From NCBI GenBank assembly GCA_963796955.1, contig CAWCNJ010000003.1, positions 64,001-128,000 of the forward strand: a stretch of DNA of 64,000 nt, read 5' to 3'. Made by a program: the position numbers and the translations under genes. The stretch is from Endomicrobiales bacterium. GTDB lineage: Bacteria; Elusimicrobiota; Endomicrobiia; Endomicrobiales; JALOBY01. The notes under the pieces were generated by a model. It saw nothing but the letters and a program-made list of their open reading frames with translations. It did not search any database and had not been told where the DNA came from. Below, piece after piece: positions 1-9,273 of this stretch; position 1 is the first letter of the stretch, and each line of letters starts with the position of its first letter.

Positions 1-89
1 TAGGGATATGGGGTTGTCAGGGTGTAAATGTTTTAACCTTGAACATGGGGCTCGACAGCCTGGCGAACAGCACAACAGGGGAGTGTTAA

Positions 90-545
90 ATGAAGACCAC
101 AGATTTTCTTTGTCACGAAGCGATCATTCTTGACATCAAAGCTTGTGAAAAAGAATCGGCAATTAAAGAAATGGTAAATGTACTTGTAAAACTGAAGAAG
201 GTCAATAACGCCGCTGAAGCGATCGAGCTGCTGATGCAGCGCGAAAAACTTGGTTCCACCGGTATCGGCCAGGGTGTTGCCATACCGCACACCAGGTGCG
301 ATTCTGTAAAAGAGCAAGTGGCTGTTCTTGCTTTCTCAAAAAAGGGCGTTGAATTTAATGCGCTTGACAGTGGCCCGGTAAACATTCTATTCTTGCTGTT
401 GTGCCCTGGCGCTTCAACGGGAGAGCATTTACAGGCGATGGCGAAAATATCAAAACTGCTTAAAGGAAAGGTGTTACGCCAGGCGTTATTGGAAGCAAAA
501 ACGCCGGCCGATGTTCTGTCGCTGATCCAGCAGGCGGATGTGTAA
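90..545 (+). CDS. ptsN: PTS EIIA (Ntr/fructose-type) regulatory protein
   Basis: 151 aa; REKLGSTGIGQGVAIPH motif with the phosphorylatable His; GVEFNALDSGPVNILF and HLQAMAKIS; GGGGAG RBS upstream. Confidence 0.85.
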   Translation: MKTTDFLCHEAIILDIKACEKESAIKEMVNVLVKLKKVNNAAEAIELLMQREKLGSTGIGQGVAIPHTRCDSVKEQVAVLAFSKKGVEFNALDSGPVNILFLLLCPGASTGEHLQAMAKISKLLKGKVLRQALLEAKTPADVLSLIQQADV

Positions 546-578
546 ACGATGATGATCCAATTCGGGAGGGTTTTTTAA

Positions 579-2531
579 GTGGAAGAGCAACGGCCGGATC
601 CTGACGAGCTGTTAAAACAAATTAAATTGGACGACACCGATGCCGCGGCGGCATATGCCGGCGGCAGGCTGAAAATATTCCTGGGCTATTCCGCGGGCGT
701 GGGTAAAACGTACCGAATGCTTCAGGAAGCGGCGGCTAATAAATTGCACGGCATTGACACCGTCATCGGGATAGTAGAAACGCATAACAGAAATGAAACC
801 GAGGCTATGCTGACGGGGCTCGAAGTGTTGCCCAGAAAAAAGATCGATTATTCCGGTATCACACTTGAAGAAATGGATATTGACGCCGTGCTGCGGCGCC
901 GTCTGGACATAGTGCTCGTTGACGAGCTGGCGCATACCAACGCCCCGGGGTCCAGGCATACTAAAAGGTTCCAGGACGTTGAGGAACTGCTTAAGGCGGG
1001 AATAAATGTTTATTCCACGCTGAACATCCAGCACGTTGAAAGCCTGGTTGATGTCGTTAATCAGGTCTCCGGCATAAAAGTGGCTGAGACGGTGCCGGAC
1101 CGGATACTGGAGCTGGCGCAGGAAGTTGAATTGGTGGATCTGACGCCCGAAAAACTGCTGGAAAGATTCAAAGAAGGAAAGGTGTATATACCTAAAAAGG
1201 CTGAGCAGGCCATGCGCCAGTTCTTTAAGAAAGGCAACCTGCTTTCCCTGAGGGAACTGTCGCTGCATTACACCGCCAAACACGTGGATGAAGATGTGCG
1301 CGACTACATGGAAAAGAATGCTATCGCGGGGCCATGGCGTGTCGGCTCCCGATTGCTGGTTAGTATATCGGCAAGCATTTCTTCCCGTAGATTGATACGC
1401 TTTACCCACCGGATGGCCCAGGACCTGGACGCCGAATGGTTCGCGGTTTACGTGGAATCCCGCCAGCAGCTTGAGATCAGCGGCAAGGCCCGTTTGCAGC
1501 TGGATAAAAATGTTCAACTTGCCGAAGAGCTTGGCGCGAAAGTCGTTATATTGAGCGGCGCGAACGTGGCCGATGAGATACTGGGTTTCTCCAAGGCGCA
1601 TCAGGTAACCATGATAATCGCGGGACCTTCAAAGCGAACGTTTATGGACCGGTTATTTAAGGGCTCGGTGCTGAGCAGGCTTATAAATGAAAGCGGCAAC
1701 ATCAATGTTTTGATAGCGCGGGATACCGTACGCGAAAATGAACCTCAACGGCTCTATGATTTTCGCAAAAGAGATTTCCGATCGTATCTTGCCAGCCTCG
1801 CCGCGATTGGCCTTACCGTTGGGGCGGGTTTAGTGTTCCGCTCAAGACTTGAGCCGATAAACGTTGCGATGCTGCTGCTGATACCGGCGATCGCGAGCGG
1901 TATCTTCTGGGGAATACGGGTAAGCCTTTTCGCTTCCATCCTGTCGATCGCGGCCTTCGACTTTTTCTTCGTGCCGCCGTTCCTGACGTTCAGGGTCTCG
2001 GATGTACGGTTCCTTCCCAGTTTTATCGTTTTCATCCTCGTCTCGGTCGTGATCAGCTACTTCGCAAAATCGGTTCGCCAGGAGGCGGAGAGTTCTCGCC
2101 ACAGGGAACGGTTCATCTATTCCCTGTATTCATTCACCAGGACCGTTATGTCGGCACAGGGGCTGGAAAATATATTCGAGCGGGCGGTAAAAAGCATTTC
2201 AGAGGCATTTGGAAGCAACGTCGTAATACTGCTGCCGGGTGGATCCGGTAAACTGGCGCTTAAAGCCACTGACAAAGAAGGGCTGTACCTGAACGATACG
2301 GAAACAGCGGTGGCAGTATGGGTCTATAACAACGGTCAACCCGCCGGGAAAAGCACCGGGACATTATCCTCTTCCTTATGGTATTATCTGCCCATAAAAA
2401 TGGGGGAAAAGACCATCGGCGTCATAGGCATCAAACCCATCGATCCTGATAGATCGCTCACGCCCGAGCAGGATCAATTGCTGGAATCCTTTACCGGAAT
2501 AGTATCCCTGGCCGTAAGAAAATCGCATTGA
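579..2531 (+). CDS. kdpD: KdpD-like sensor (KdpD-N, USP, 4-TM DUF4118, GAF) lacking the histidine kinase domains
   Basis: RPDPDELL, GRLKIFLGYSAGVGKT, LVDELAHTNAPGSRH, STLNIQHVESL, FDFFFVPP; ends after the GAF-like region at 650 aa. Confidence 0.9.
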   Translation: MEEQRPDPDELLKQIKLDDTDAAAAYAGGRLKIFLGYSAGVGKTYRMLQEAAANKLHGIDTVIGIVETHNRNETEAMLTGLEVLPRKKIDYSGITLEEMDIDAVLRRRLDIVLVDELAHTNAPGSRHTKRFQDVEELLKAGINVYSTLNIQHVESLVDVVNQVSGIKVAETVPDRILELAQEVELVDLTPEKLLERFKEGKVYIPKKAEQAMRQFFKKGNLLSLRELSLHYTAKHVDEDVRDYMEKNAIAGPWRVGSRLLVSISASISSRRLIRFTHRMAQDLDAEWFAVYVESRQQLEISGKARLQLDKNVQLAEELGAKVVILSGANVADEILGFSKAHQVTMIIAGPSKRTFMDRLFKGSVLSRLINESGNINVLIARDTVRENEPQRLYDFRKRDFRSYLASLAAIGLTVGAGLVFRSRLEPINVAMLLLIPAIASGIFWGIRVSLFASILSIAAFDFFFVPPFLTFRVSDVRFLPSFIVFILVSVVISYFAKSVRQEAESSRHRERFIYSLYSFTRTVMSAQGLENIFERAVKSISEAFGSNVVILLPGGSGKLALKATDKEGLYLNDTETAVAVWVYNNGQPAGKSTGTLSSSLWYYLPIKMGEKTIGVIGIKPIDPDRSLTPEQDQLLESFTGIVSLAVRKSH

Positions 2532-2583
2532 AAGTACAATCCTTTTCGCATGGTTTGGTGGAGGTATAACAGCGTTATCTCGT

Positions 2584-2612
2584 TTGACTTTAGACGAGGG
2601 ATTAGGTAGAAT
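2584..2612 (+). promoter_or_regulatory. sigma70-type promoter of the pst operon
   Basis: TTGACT-17 bp-TAGAAT about 30 bp upstream of pstS. Confidence 0.6.
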
Positions 2613-2642
2613 AGCGCTAACTTACGGCCCAGACCTTAAATA

Positions 2643-3467
2643 ATGAATATAAAGTATATATATATAGCTTCTATTCTTGTGCTTCTAACCTCCTGCGCCC
2701 GCAGGGAGGCTGTTGTGGTTGCCGGTTCTACCGCTTTCCAACCTTTTGCCGAAGAGATCGCCGAAGAGTATATGCAGAAATATCCCCAGCTTAACATTAC
2801 CGTTCAGGGCGGGGGATCTTCCGTTGGTATTCAATCGGCTCTTAACGGGGTTGCCCAGATCGGTATGGCCGACCTGGTGACCCTGCCGCCGGCTGCATCA
2901 TCACTGGTTAAGCATGTCGCTGCCAACGATGGTGTTGTCATGGTAGTAAATCCTGTCAACCCGGTCTCCAATATCACCACCGAACAGATCCGTCAACTAT
3001 ATCTAGGTAAGATTAATAACTGGAAAGAGCTGGGTGGCATAGATAAACAAATAACCGTTATCTCTCGCGAAGCCGGCTCAGGCACGCGCTCTTCTTTTGA
3101 AGACCTTGTGTTTAAGGGCGGTACCCTGCGCCAGGATGCCATTATAGGAGATTCGAACGGGACCGTGCGCGAGCAGGTGGCAAATGACCCTAACGCCATC
3201 GGGTATATCTCAAACGGTAACGTTAACGATAAAGTTAAGCCGCTTACCCTTGAAGGGATCGCCTGCAGCGTAGGAGCTATTACCTGCGGAAATTACAAGC
3301 TCGTAAGGCCCATCTACCTGCTTACCTTAAGCACGGTGAGCATTCAGACCCAACAATTCCTTGATTATATCCTCGGCCCCGAGGGCCAGAAGACCATACA
3401 TGCCGAGGGCTTGATACCGGCGCACCTTTACGATACCAATGAACCAAAACAAAATAAAAAGAATTAA
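2643..3467 (+). CDS. pstS: phosphate ABC transporter substrate-binding lipoprotein
   Basis: lipobox LTSC; AGSTAF, QGGGSSVGI and REAGSGTR motifs. Confidence 0.92.
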   Translation: MNIKYIYIASILVLLTSCARREAVVVAGSTAFQPFAEEIAEEYMQKYPQLNITVQGGGSSVGIQSALNGVAQIGMADLVTLPPAASSLVKHVAANDGVVMVVNPVNPVSNITTEQIRQLYLGKINNWKELGGIDKQITVISREAGSGTRSSFEDLVFKGGTLRQDAIIGDSNGTVREQVANDPNAIGYISNGNVNDKVKPLTLEGIACSVGAITCGNYKLVRPIYLLTLSTVSIQTQQFLDYILGPEGQKTIHAEGLIPAHLYDTNEPKQNKKN

Positions 3468-4299
3468 AGAAGTCATCATAGAAAAAGCGCTGCTCTTGAT
3501 CGCCTGTTCGGCGGTGGGCATACTGCTGCTTATCGCTATTTTTATTTTTCGCGAAGGCACGCCGGTAATATTTAAATACGGCCTGAAAAATTTCGTGGGC
3601 GTAAACAACTGGTCGCCGCTCAAGGGCCACTTCGGCATTCTGGCCATGATACTCGGCTCTATCTGGGTAACTCTCGGCTCGCTTGTTATCGGGGTGCCTC
3701 TCGGCCTTGGGTGCGCGATATTCCTTACCGAGTTCGTACCGTCAAAAGTGCGCCTGATCCTTAAGCCTACCATAGAATTGCTTGCCGGCATTCCTTCCGT
3801 TGTCTTCGGTTTTATAGGCGTGATAATACTGGTGCCGTTCATACGCAATACTTTCGGCGGGCCGGGCCTGTCAGTGGCGGCGGCATCCATTGTTCTTGCG
3901 ATAATGATACTGCCCACCATAATAAGTATCTCGATAGACGCCATACTTGCAGTACCTAAAACCTACCGTGAAGGCTCGCTCGCTCTTGGCGCTACACGGT
4001 GGCAGACTATCACAGGAGTTGTCCTGATAGCGGCAAGGTCGGGAATAGTCGCAAGCGTTATTCTGGGCATGGGCCGGGCGATAGGCGAGACGATGGCCGT
4101 TATAATGGTTGCGGGAAATACCGTGCAGTCGCCGCATTCGTTACTGGCGCCCGTTCGCACGTTAACAGCGAATATTGCCCTGGAAATGGGTTTCGCAACG
4201 GGTGATCACCGCTCGGCTCTGTTTGCGACAGGTGTTGTATTGTTCATGTTCGTTATGACGTTGAACATCATCGCCAGCAAGGCGGTAAAACGCAAATGA
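3439..4299 (+). CDS. pstC: phosphate ABC transporter permease PstC
   Basis: ELLAGIPSVVFG, EGSLALGATRWQT, GRAIGETMAV. Confidence 0.93.
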   Translation: MNQNKIKRIKEVIIEKALLLIACSAVGILLLIAIFIFREGTPVIFKYGLKNFVGVNNWSPLKGHFGILAMILGSIWVTLGSLVIGVPLGLGCAIFLTEFVPSKVRLILKPTIELLAGIPSVVFGFIGVIILVPFIRNTFGGPGLSVAAASIVLAIMILPTIISISIDAILAVPKTYREGSLALGATRWQTITGVVLIAARSGIVASVILGMGRAIGETMAVIMVAGNTVQSPHSLLAPVRTLTANIALEMGFATGDHRSALFATGVVLFMFVMTLNIIASKAVKRK

Positions 4300-5195
4300 C
4301 CTCTTCGACCCCTTCGATCACTTCGACAAGCTCAGGGTCAATACCTTCCGGGCGCATGATATCGCCGAAGCTGGCTCAAAATATAATGCGGGTGGTGCTG
4401 GGTCTTGCTACGGCGTTGACGGTATCGATCCTTGTTTTTATTATCTTTTTTGTGTTGATCAAGGGGTTGCCTGTTGTAAACTGGAAATTCCTTACCGACT
4501 TCCCGCATAAGATGGGTAAAGCCGGCGGCATATTCCCGACCATAGTCGGCACTTTTGTGCTGACAACGCTGGCGATCGTTTTTGCGACCCCATTGGGGGT
4601 AGGTGCGGCCATATACCTTACAGAGTACACAAAGGAAAATACCTTCACGCGGATCATCAGGTTCGGCGCGGAGTGCCTTGCCGGTATACCGTCAATTATT
4701 TTCGGTCTTTTTGGTTTTATACTTTTTGTCGTCTATCTGCAAATGGGCTGGAGCATCTTGTCGGGCAGCCTGACGCTGGCTTTTATGGTGCTGCCCACGA
4801 TCATGCGCACCGCTGAAGAGGCTATAAAAACAGTTCCATATTCCTACCGCGAGGTCAGCCAGTCTCTGGGAGCAACCCGCTGGGAAACAGTCCGTTACGC
4901 GGTTCTGCCCGATGCCCTGCCCGGAATAGCTACCGGCATTATCCTTGCGATGGGGCGGGCTATCGGAGAAACAGCGGCAGTAATATTTACTGCCGGCTCG
5001 TCAATGCGGCTGCCTACCTCCATGTTCGATTCCGTGCGCACCATGTCCGTGCATTTTTATATACTCTCGCGCGAAGGCGTGTCCATGAAGAACGCCTACG
5101 GTACGGCGCTGGTGCTGGTGGTCTCTATTCTGGCGGTTAATATGGCGGCCTACTGGCTGATGCAGAGATTTGTAAGCAAACATAAGAAAAAATGA
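4296..5195 (+). CDS. pstA: phosphate ABC transporter permease PstA (alternative start ATG 4356)
   Basis: GGIFPTIVGT, LAGIPSIIFGLFG, GRAIGETAA. Confidence 0.93.
   Translation: MTSSTPSITSTSSGSIPSGRMISPKLAQNIMRVVLGLATALTVSILVFIIFFVLIKGLPVVNWKFLTDFPHKMGKAGGIFPTIVGTFVLTTLAIVFATPLGVGAAIYLTEYTKENTFTRIIRFGAECLAGIPSIIFGLFGFILFVVYLQMGWSILSGSLTLAFMVLPTIMRTAEEAIKTVPYSYREVSQSLGATRWETVRYAVLPDALPGIATGIILAMGRAIGETAAVIFTAGSSMRLPTSMFDSVRTMSVHFYILSREGVSMKNAYGTALVLVVSILAVNMAAYWLMQRFVSKHKKK
4303..4340. repeat. three 9-bp-period CTTCGA units ending in CTTCGACAAGCTCAGGG (REP-like remnant)
   Basis: cttcgaccc cttcgatca cttcgacaa gctcaggg at the pstC/pstA junction. Confidence 0.5.
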
Positions 5196-5950
5196 ATAAA
5201 ATACAAATAAAAAACTTTAATCTCTCTTTCGACGGCAGGCCGTCGCTTATCAACATTAATCTTGATGTGGAAGAGCGTAAGATATTGGGCATTATCGGAC
5301 CCGCGGGCAGCGGCAAAAGCACGATCCTGCGCTGTATAAACCGCCTTGTCGATCTGGAACAAACCGCCAGGGTCGCCACTACGGGTGATATTCAGATAGA
5401 CGGACAGAGCATATACGCCCGCAATACGGACGTCGTCGCGCTGCGCCGCCGCGCCGGCATTATCTTCGCGCTGCCGTCGCCCTTACCGCTTTCCATCTAT
5501 GACAATATCTGCTACGGTCCCCGCCGTAACGGGATCACTAATAAAAATAAACTTGATGAGATAGTTGAAAGGACGCTTACAGAAGCCTCATTATGGAACG
5601 AAGTCAAAAACCGGCTTAACCTTATGGGGCCCAGCCTTTCCGGCGGACAGCAGCAGCGTCTATGTATCGCCAGAACCCTGGCCCTTGAGCCCGAAATAGT
5701 TATGATGGACGAACCCTGCTCGGGACTGGACCCCATCTCAACCGCCAAGATCGAAGAATCGATGGTAGAATTGAAAGCGAAATATACGTTCATCATTGTT
5801 ACTAATAACACCAAGCAGGCCGCCCGCGTAAGCGACAATGTCGCGTTTTTCCTTATGGGCGAGTGCATTGAACACGGTAATTCGTCTCAGATCTTCACCG
5901 TGCCGAAAGATCAGCGCACCAACGACTATGTATCGGGAAGGTTCGGTTAA
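5192..5950 (+). CDS. pstB: phosphate ABC transporter ATPase PstB1
   Basis: Walker A GPAGSGKS, signature LSGGQQQR, MMDEPCSGLDP, C-terminal YVSGRFG. Confidence 0.92.
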   Translation: MNKIQIKNFNLSFDGRPSLININLDVEERKILGIIGPAGSGKSTILRCINRLVDLEQTARVATTGDIQIDGQSIYARNTDVVALRRRAGIIFALPSPLPLSIYDNICYGPRRNGITNKNKLDEIVERTLTEASLWNEVKNRLNLMGPSLSGGQQQRLCIARTLALEPEIVMMDEPCSGLDPISTAKIEESMVELKAKYTFIIVTNNTKQAARVSDNVAFFLMGECIEHGNSSQIFTVPKDQRTNDYVSGRFG

Positions 5951-6711
5951 TGGAAGACAGGAATAAGATCGAAGTTGCAGACCTTTCGCTTTTTTACGCG
6001 CAGTTCCAGGCGCTGAAGAACGTGAACATATCATTTAAAGAACGTCACATCACTTCTTTGATAGGGCCCTCCGGCTGCGGCAAAAGCACGCTGCTGAGAT
6101 GCCTTAACCGTATGAACGACCTTATTGATACTTGCCGTGTTACCGGCGAGGTAAGACTGGATGGGAATAATATTTACGCGGCCGGCACAGACGTTGACCT
6201 GCTGCGCAGCCGGGTTGGTATGGTTTTTCAGCGGCCTAACCCCTTCCCGTTGTCCGTATTTGATAATGTCGCTTACGGTTTGAGAGTGCACGGTTTGTGC
6301 GACGCACGCACTGTTTCCGGGATAGTTGAAGAAAGTCTTAAGAGCGCCTGGCTTTGGAACGATTTGAAAGATAAACTGCAGAAAGACGCGACCACCCTGC
6401 CGCTGGATCAGCAGCAGCGCCTTTGTATCGCCAGGCTCATCGCTATTAAACCTGAAGTTATTTTAATGGACGAACCTTGTTCCGCATTAGACCCTATCTC
6501 TACCTCAAAAGTAGAAGAGCTGATGTTCGAACTGAAAAAAGATTTCACGATCGCTATAGTAACACATAACATGCAGCAGGCTGCCCGCGCTTCCGATTAT
6601 TGCGGCTTTATGCTGCTGGGCGATCTTCTGGAATTCAACCAGACCGACCTGATATTTACCAACCCCACTGATCAGCGCACACAGGATTATATTACCGGCC
6701 GCTTCGGATGA
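5950..6711 (+). CDS. pstB: phosphate ABC transporter ATPase PstB2
   Basis: GPSGCGKS, VFQRPNPFP, LMDEPCSALDP, VTHNMQQA, YITGRFG. Confidence 0.92.
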   Translation: MEDRNKIEVADLSLFYAQFQALKNVNISFKERHITSLIGPSGCGKSTLLRCLNRMNDLIDTCRVTGEVRLDGNNIYAAGTDVDLLRSRVGMVFQRPNPFPLSVFDNVAYGLRVHGLCDARTVSGIVEESLKSAWLWNDLKDKLQKDATTLPLDQQQRLCIARLIAIKPEVILMDEPCSALDPISTSKVEELMFELKKDFTIAIVTHNMQQAARASDYCGFMLLGDLLEFNQTDLIFTNPTDQRTQDYITGRFG

Positions 6712-7805
6712 AATTTAAACAAACGGTCAATTCGATCGATCCGGACTTTACCCTGTTGGCTGCCGTCGTGGGTCTGGTCTTTCTGGGAACGTTGATGGTC
6801 TTTTCTTCCAGCGTGATCATGGCCGATGTGCGCTGGCATTCGCCGTACTCGTTCTTTTTCAAGCAGCTGATGTGGGTCACCGTCGGTTCGGCGTTGATGG
6901 CTTTTTTTATCCGGTTCGATTACCGCTCCCTGCAAAAATACTCTAAACTTTTAACCGTGATCACCGTGGCGCTGCTGGGCCTGGTCTTGGTTGTGGGCAC
7001 GGTAAAACTCGGTGCGAAACGCTGGCTTAAGTTCGGGCCGTTCAACATGCAGCCGTCGGAGCTCGCGAAATACGTGCTGGTCATCGCCCTGGCCGATTAC
7101 ATAGACCGCAAAAAAAGCAAACTGAAAAAATGGGAAGGCATTTTACCCGGCCTGGCTATCATGGCCGCCTTCATAATCCCGATAGCCCTTGAGCCTGACC
7201 TCGGCACGCCGCTGATAATGTTCGCCGTCGCCATGAGCCTGCTGTTCGTAAGCGGCGCGAGCTTCGGCAAAATATCGACGCTGGCGTTTTCCGTGGTGCC
7301 GCTGATCGTGCTGGATATTTACCGTAAACCCTACCGCCTGGCGCGCATCAGGCATTTCTTCGAGTCCTGGGGCGATATCAGCAGCACCTCCTATCAGCTC
7401 AATCAGTCTATCCTGGCGCTCGGTTCAGGCGGGTTTTTTGGGAAGGGATTGGGCCAGGGACAAATGAAACTGCTATATCTGCCGGAAGCCCATACCGATT
7501 TTATCTTTCCTGTGATAGGCGAGGAATTAGGTTTCATCGGGGCTTCAGTTGTCATAGCCTTGTTCGTTATAATAGCCTGGCGGGGCTGGCGGGCCTGCCG
7601 CAACAGCAGCAGTTATTTCGGCTCTCTTGCAGCGCTTGGCATAACCTTGTTGATCACGTATCAGGCGATATTCAATATCAGCGTCTCTTGCGGCCTGGCG
7701 CCCACAAAAGGTCTCGCCCTGCCCTTTGTCTCATTCGGCGGCTCTTCTCTCTTGTTCAATATGGCGGCGGCCGGGATATTACTGAACATTTCAAGGCGGG
7801 GATAA
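6708..7805 (+). CDS. ftsW: SEDS peptidoglycan polymerase FtsW
   Basis: GAKRWL, QPSELAK, EPDLGT, YLPEAHTDFIF, LPFVSFGGSS; directly upstream of murG. Confidence 0.92.
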   Translation: MKFKQTVNSIDPDFTLLAAVVGLVFLGTLMVFSSSVIMADVRWHSPYSFFFKQLMWVTVGSALMAFFIRFDYRSLQKYSKLLTVITVALLGLVLVVGTVKLGAKRWLKFGPFNMQPSELAKYVLVIALADYIDRKKSKLKKWEGILPGLAIMAAFIIPIALEPDLGTPLIMFAVAMSLLFVSGASFGKISTLAFSVVPLIVLDIYRKPYRLARIRHFFESWGDISSTSYQLNQSILALGSGGFFGKGLGQGQMKLLYLPEAHTDFIFPVIGEELGFIGASVVIALFVIIAWRGWRACRNSSSYFGSLAALGITLLITYQAIFNISVSCGLAPTKGLALPFVSFGGSSLLFNMAAAGILLNISRRG

Positions 7806-8891
7806 ATGATAGACAACAAGACCATTATCATAGCGGCGGGTGGCACGGGGGGACATCTGTACCCCGGCATCGCCCTTGCCCGTGAGCTTAAACAGCGCGG
7901 CTATTCGCCGCAGTTCATAGTGCGTAACGGCGATGCCGGCATAGAAATTATTCAGCGCGAAGGGTTCCTGTTCCATCAGGTAGCGGCTATGGGAATGCCG
8001 CGGGCGTTTACTGTTAAGATATTTAAGTTTTTGTTATTGCAGATAAAGGCCGTCTTCCAGATGCTGTCTTTGTTCTCCCGGTTGAAGCCGGAGGTTGTTG
8101 TGGGTATGGGTGGTTACATTTCTTTTTCTTCGATCCTGGCCGCCCGGTTTAAGGGAATCAATACAATTATACATGAGCAAAACTCGATCCCGGGCCTTGC
8201 CAACCGCGTACTTTCCCATATAGCAGGTCAAGTAGCCGTCAGCTTTGAGCATTCTCTTGTGCATTTTCCGGCCGGCAAGACGGTAGTAACGGGTAACCCT
8301 GTTCGCGCCGAGTTGTTCCGCTCAGACCCCGATGAAGCTCTGAAACGCCTTGGCCTGGCGCAGGGGAAATTCACGGTACTGATATTCGGTGGAAGCCAGG
8401 GCGCGGCTAAAGTTAACCAGGCGGCCGTAGATGCCTATGGTTTGCTCGGCGATAAAAGGGATGCGGTACAATACCTGCATCTGAGTGGTGCTAAGGATTT
8501 TGAACGTGTCTCTGAAGAATTTATAAAGAAGAATGTCGCGGGTGTAGTGCTGCCCTACCTTCATTCTATCGGCGATGCTTACGCGGCCTGCGATCTTATC
8601 ATCTGCCGTGCCGGCGCGACCACTCTTGCTGAACTGAAGATATTGGGCAAACCCGCTATTTTAATTCCTTTTCCGCATGCTACCGCAAATCATCAGGAGT
8701 ATAACGCCCGTACTATGACCGACAGCGCGAAATGCGGTATGATAATAGAAAAGGATATGGAAGCACCCGGCCTTGCGGCCATGATGCTGAAATATATAAC
8801 CGATAGATCGTCCGGAGGCTCCTGCCCGTTGAACGTGCCGGCAGTGTTCGCCCAAAGCCGCCTGGCGGACCTGGTAACGAAAGGAAAATAA
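7806..8891 (+). CDS. murG: undecaprenyl-PP-MurNAc-pentapeptide GlcNAc transferase
   Basis: GGTGGHLYP, GMGGY, HEQNSIPGLAN, GNPVR, GGSQGA, HQEYNA. Confidence 0.95.
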   Translation: MIDNKTIIIAAGGTGGHLYPGIALARELKQRGYSPQFIVRNGDAGIEIIQREGFLFHQVAAMGMPRAFTVKIFKFLLLQIKAVFQMLSLFSRLKPEVVVGMGGYISFSSILAARFKGINTIIHEQNSIPGLANRVLSHIAGQVAVSFEHSLVHFPAGKTVVTGNPVRAELFRSDPDEALKRLGLAQGKFTVLIFGGSQGAAKVNQAAVDAYGLLGDKRDAVQYLHLSGAKDFERVSEEFIKKNVAGVVLPYLHSIGDAYAACDLIICRAGATTLAELKILGKPAILIPFPHATANHQEYNARTMTDSAKCGMIIEKDMEAPGLAAMMLKYITDRSSGGSCPLNVPAVFAQSRLADLVTKGK

Positions 8892-8893
8892 AA

Positions 8894-9265
8894 ATGTCAG
8901 GAAAGAGCTTTTCGATAAAAGGACGCCTTAATAGTTTTGCCTGCGCCTTTAACGGTATCTGGACCATGTTAAGGGAAGAACACAATGCCTGGCTTCACAC
9001 CGTCGCCACGATAGCGGTCGTGATCGCGGGTAGCGCGGTCCATGTCACACGGTATGAATGGTGCTGGCTGGTGCTTGCGATCACCGGGGTGTGGATGGCT
9101 GAAGCGCTTAACACCGCCCTTGAAGTGCTGGCTGATGTAGCCATGCCGGATATGCACCCAATGGTAGAGAAGGCGAAGGACGTCGCGGCCGGCGCCGTAC
9201 TGATAACCTCAATTGGAGCCTTTTCGATAGCAGTGTTGATCTTCATGCCGTATTTTATTAAATAA
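8894..9265 (+). CDS. dgkA: DgkA-family diacylglycerol/undecaprenol kinase
   Basis: SFACAFNGI, EEHNAWLH, EALNTALE, AKDVAAGAV. Confidence 0.88.
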   Translation: MSGKSFSIKGRLNSFACAFNGIWTMLREEHNAWLHTVATIAVVIAGSAVHVTRYEWCWLVLAITGVWMAEALNTALEVLADVAMPDMHPMVEKAKDVAAGAVLITSIGAFSIAVLIFMPYFIK

Positions 9266-9273
9266 GGGAAAAA

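Noticed and set aside
1..89. Possible riboswitch upstream of ptsN-kdpD
   Set aside because: Only a short GGCT/AGCC stem; no c-di-AMP or other aptamer consensus visible, and the region is cut by the window edge
612..1601. 329-aa minus-strand ORF
   Set aside because: Antisense shadow of kdpD with no recognisable motifs
2532..2642. Frameshifted continuation of the KdpD kinase domain or a pho box
   Set aside because: Too short, with no HisKA-like residues and no clear 11-bp direct repeats
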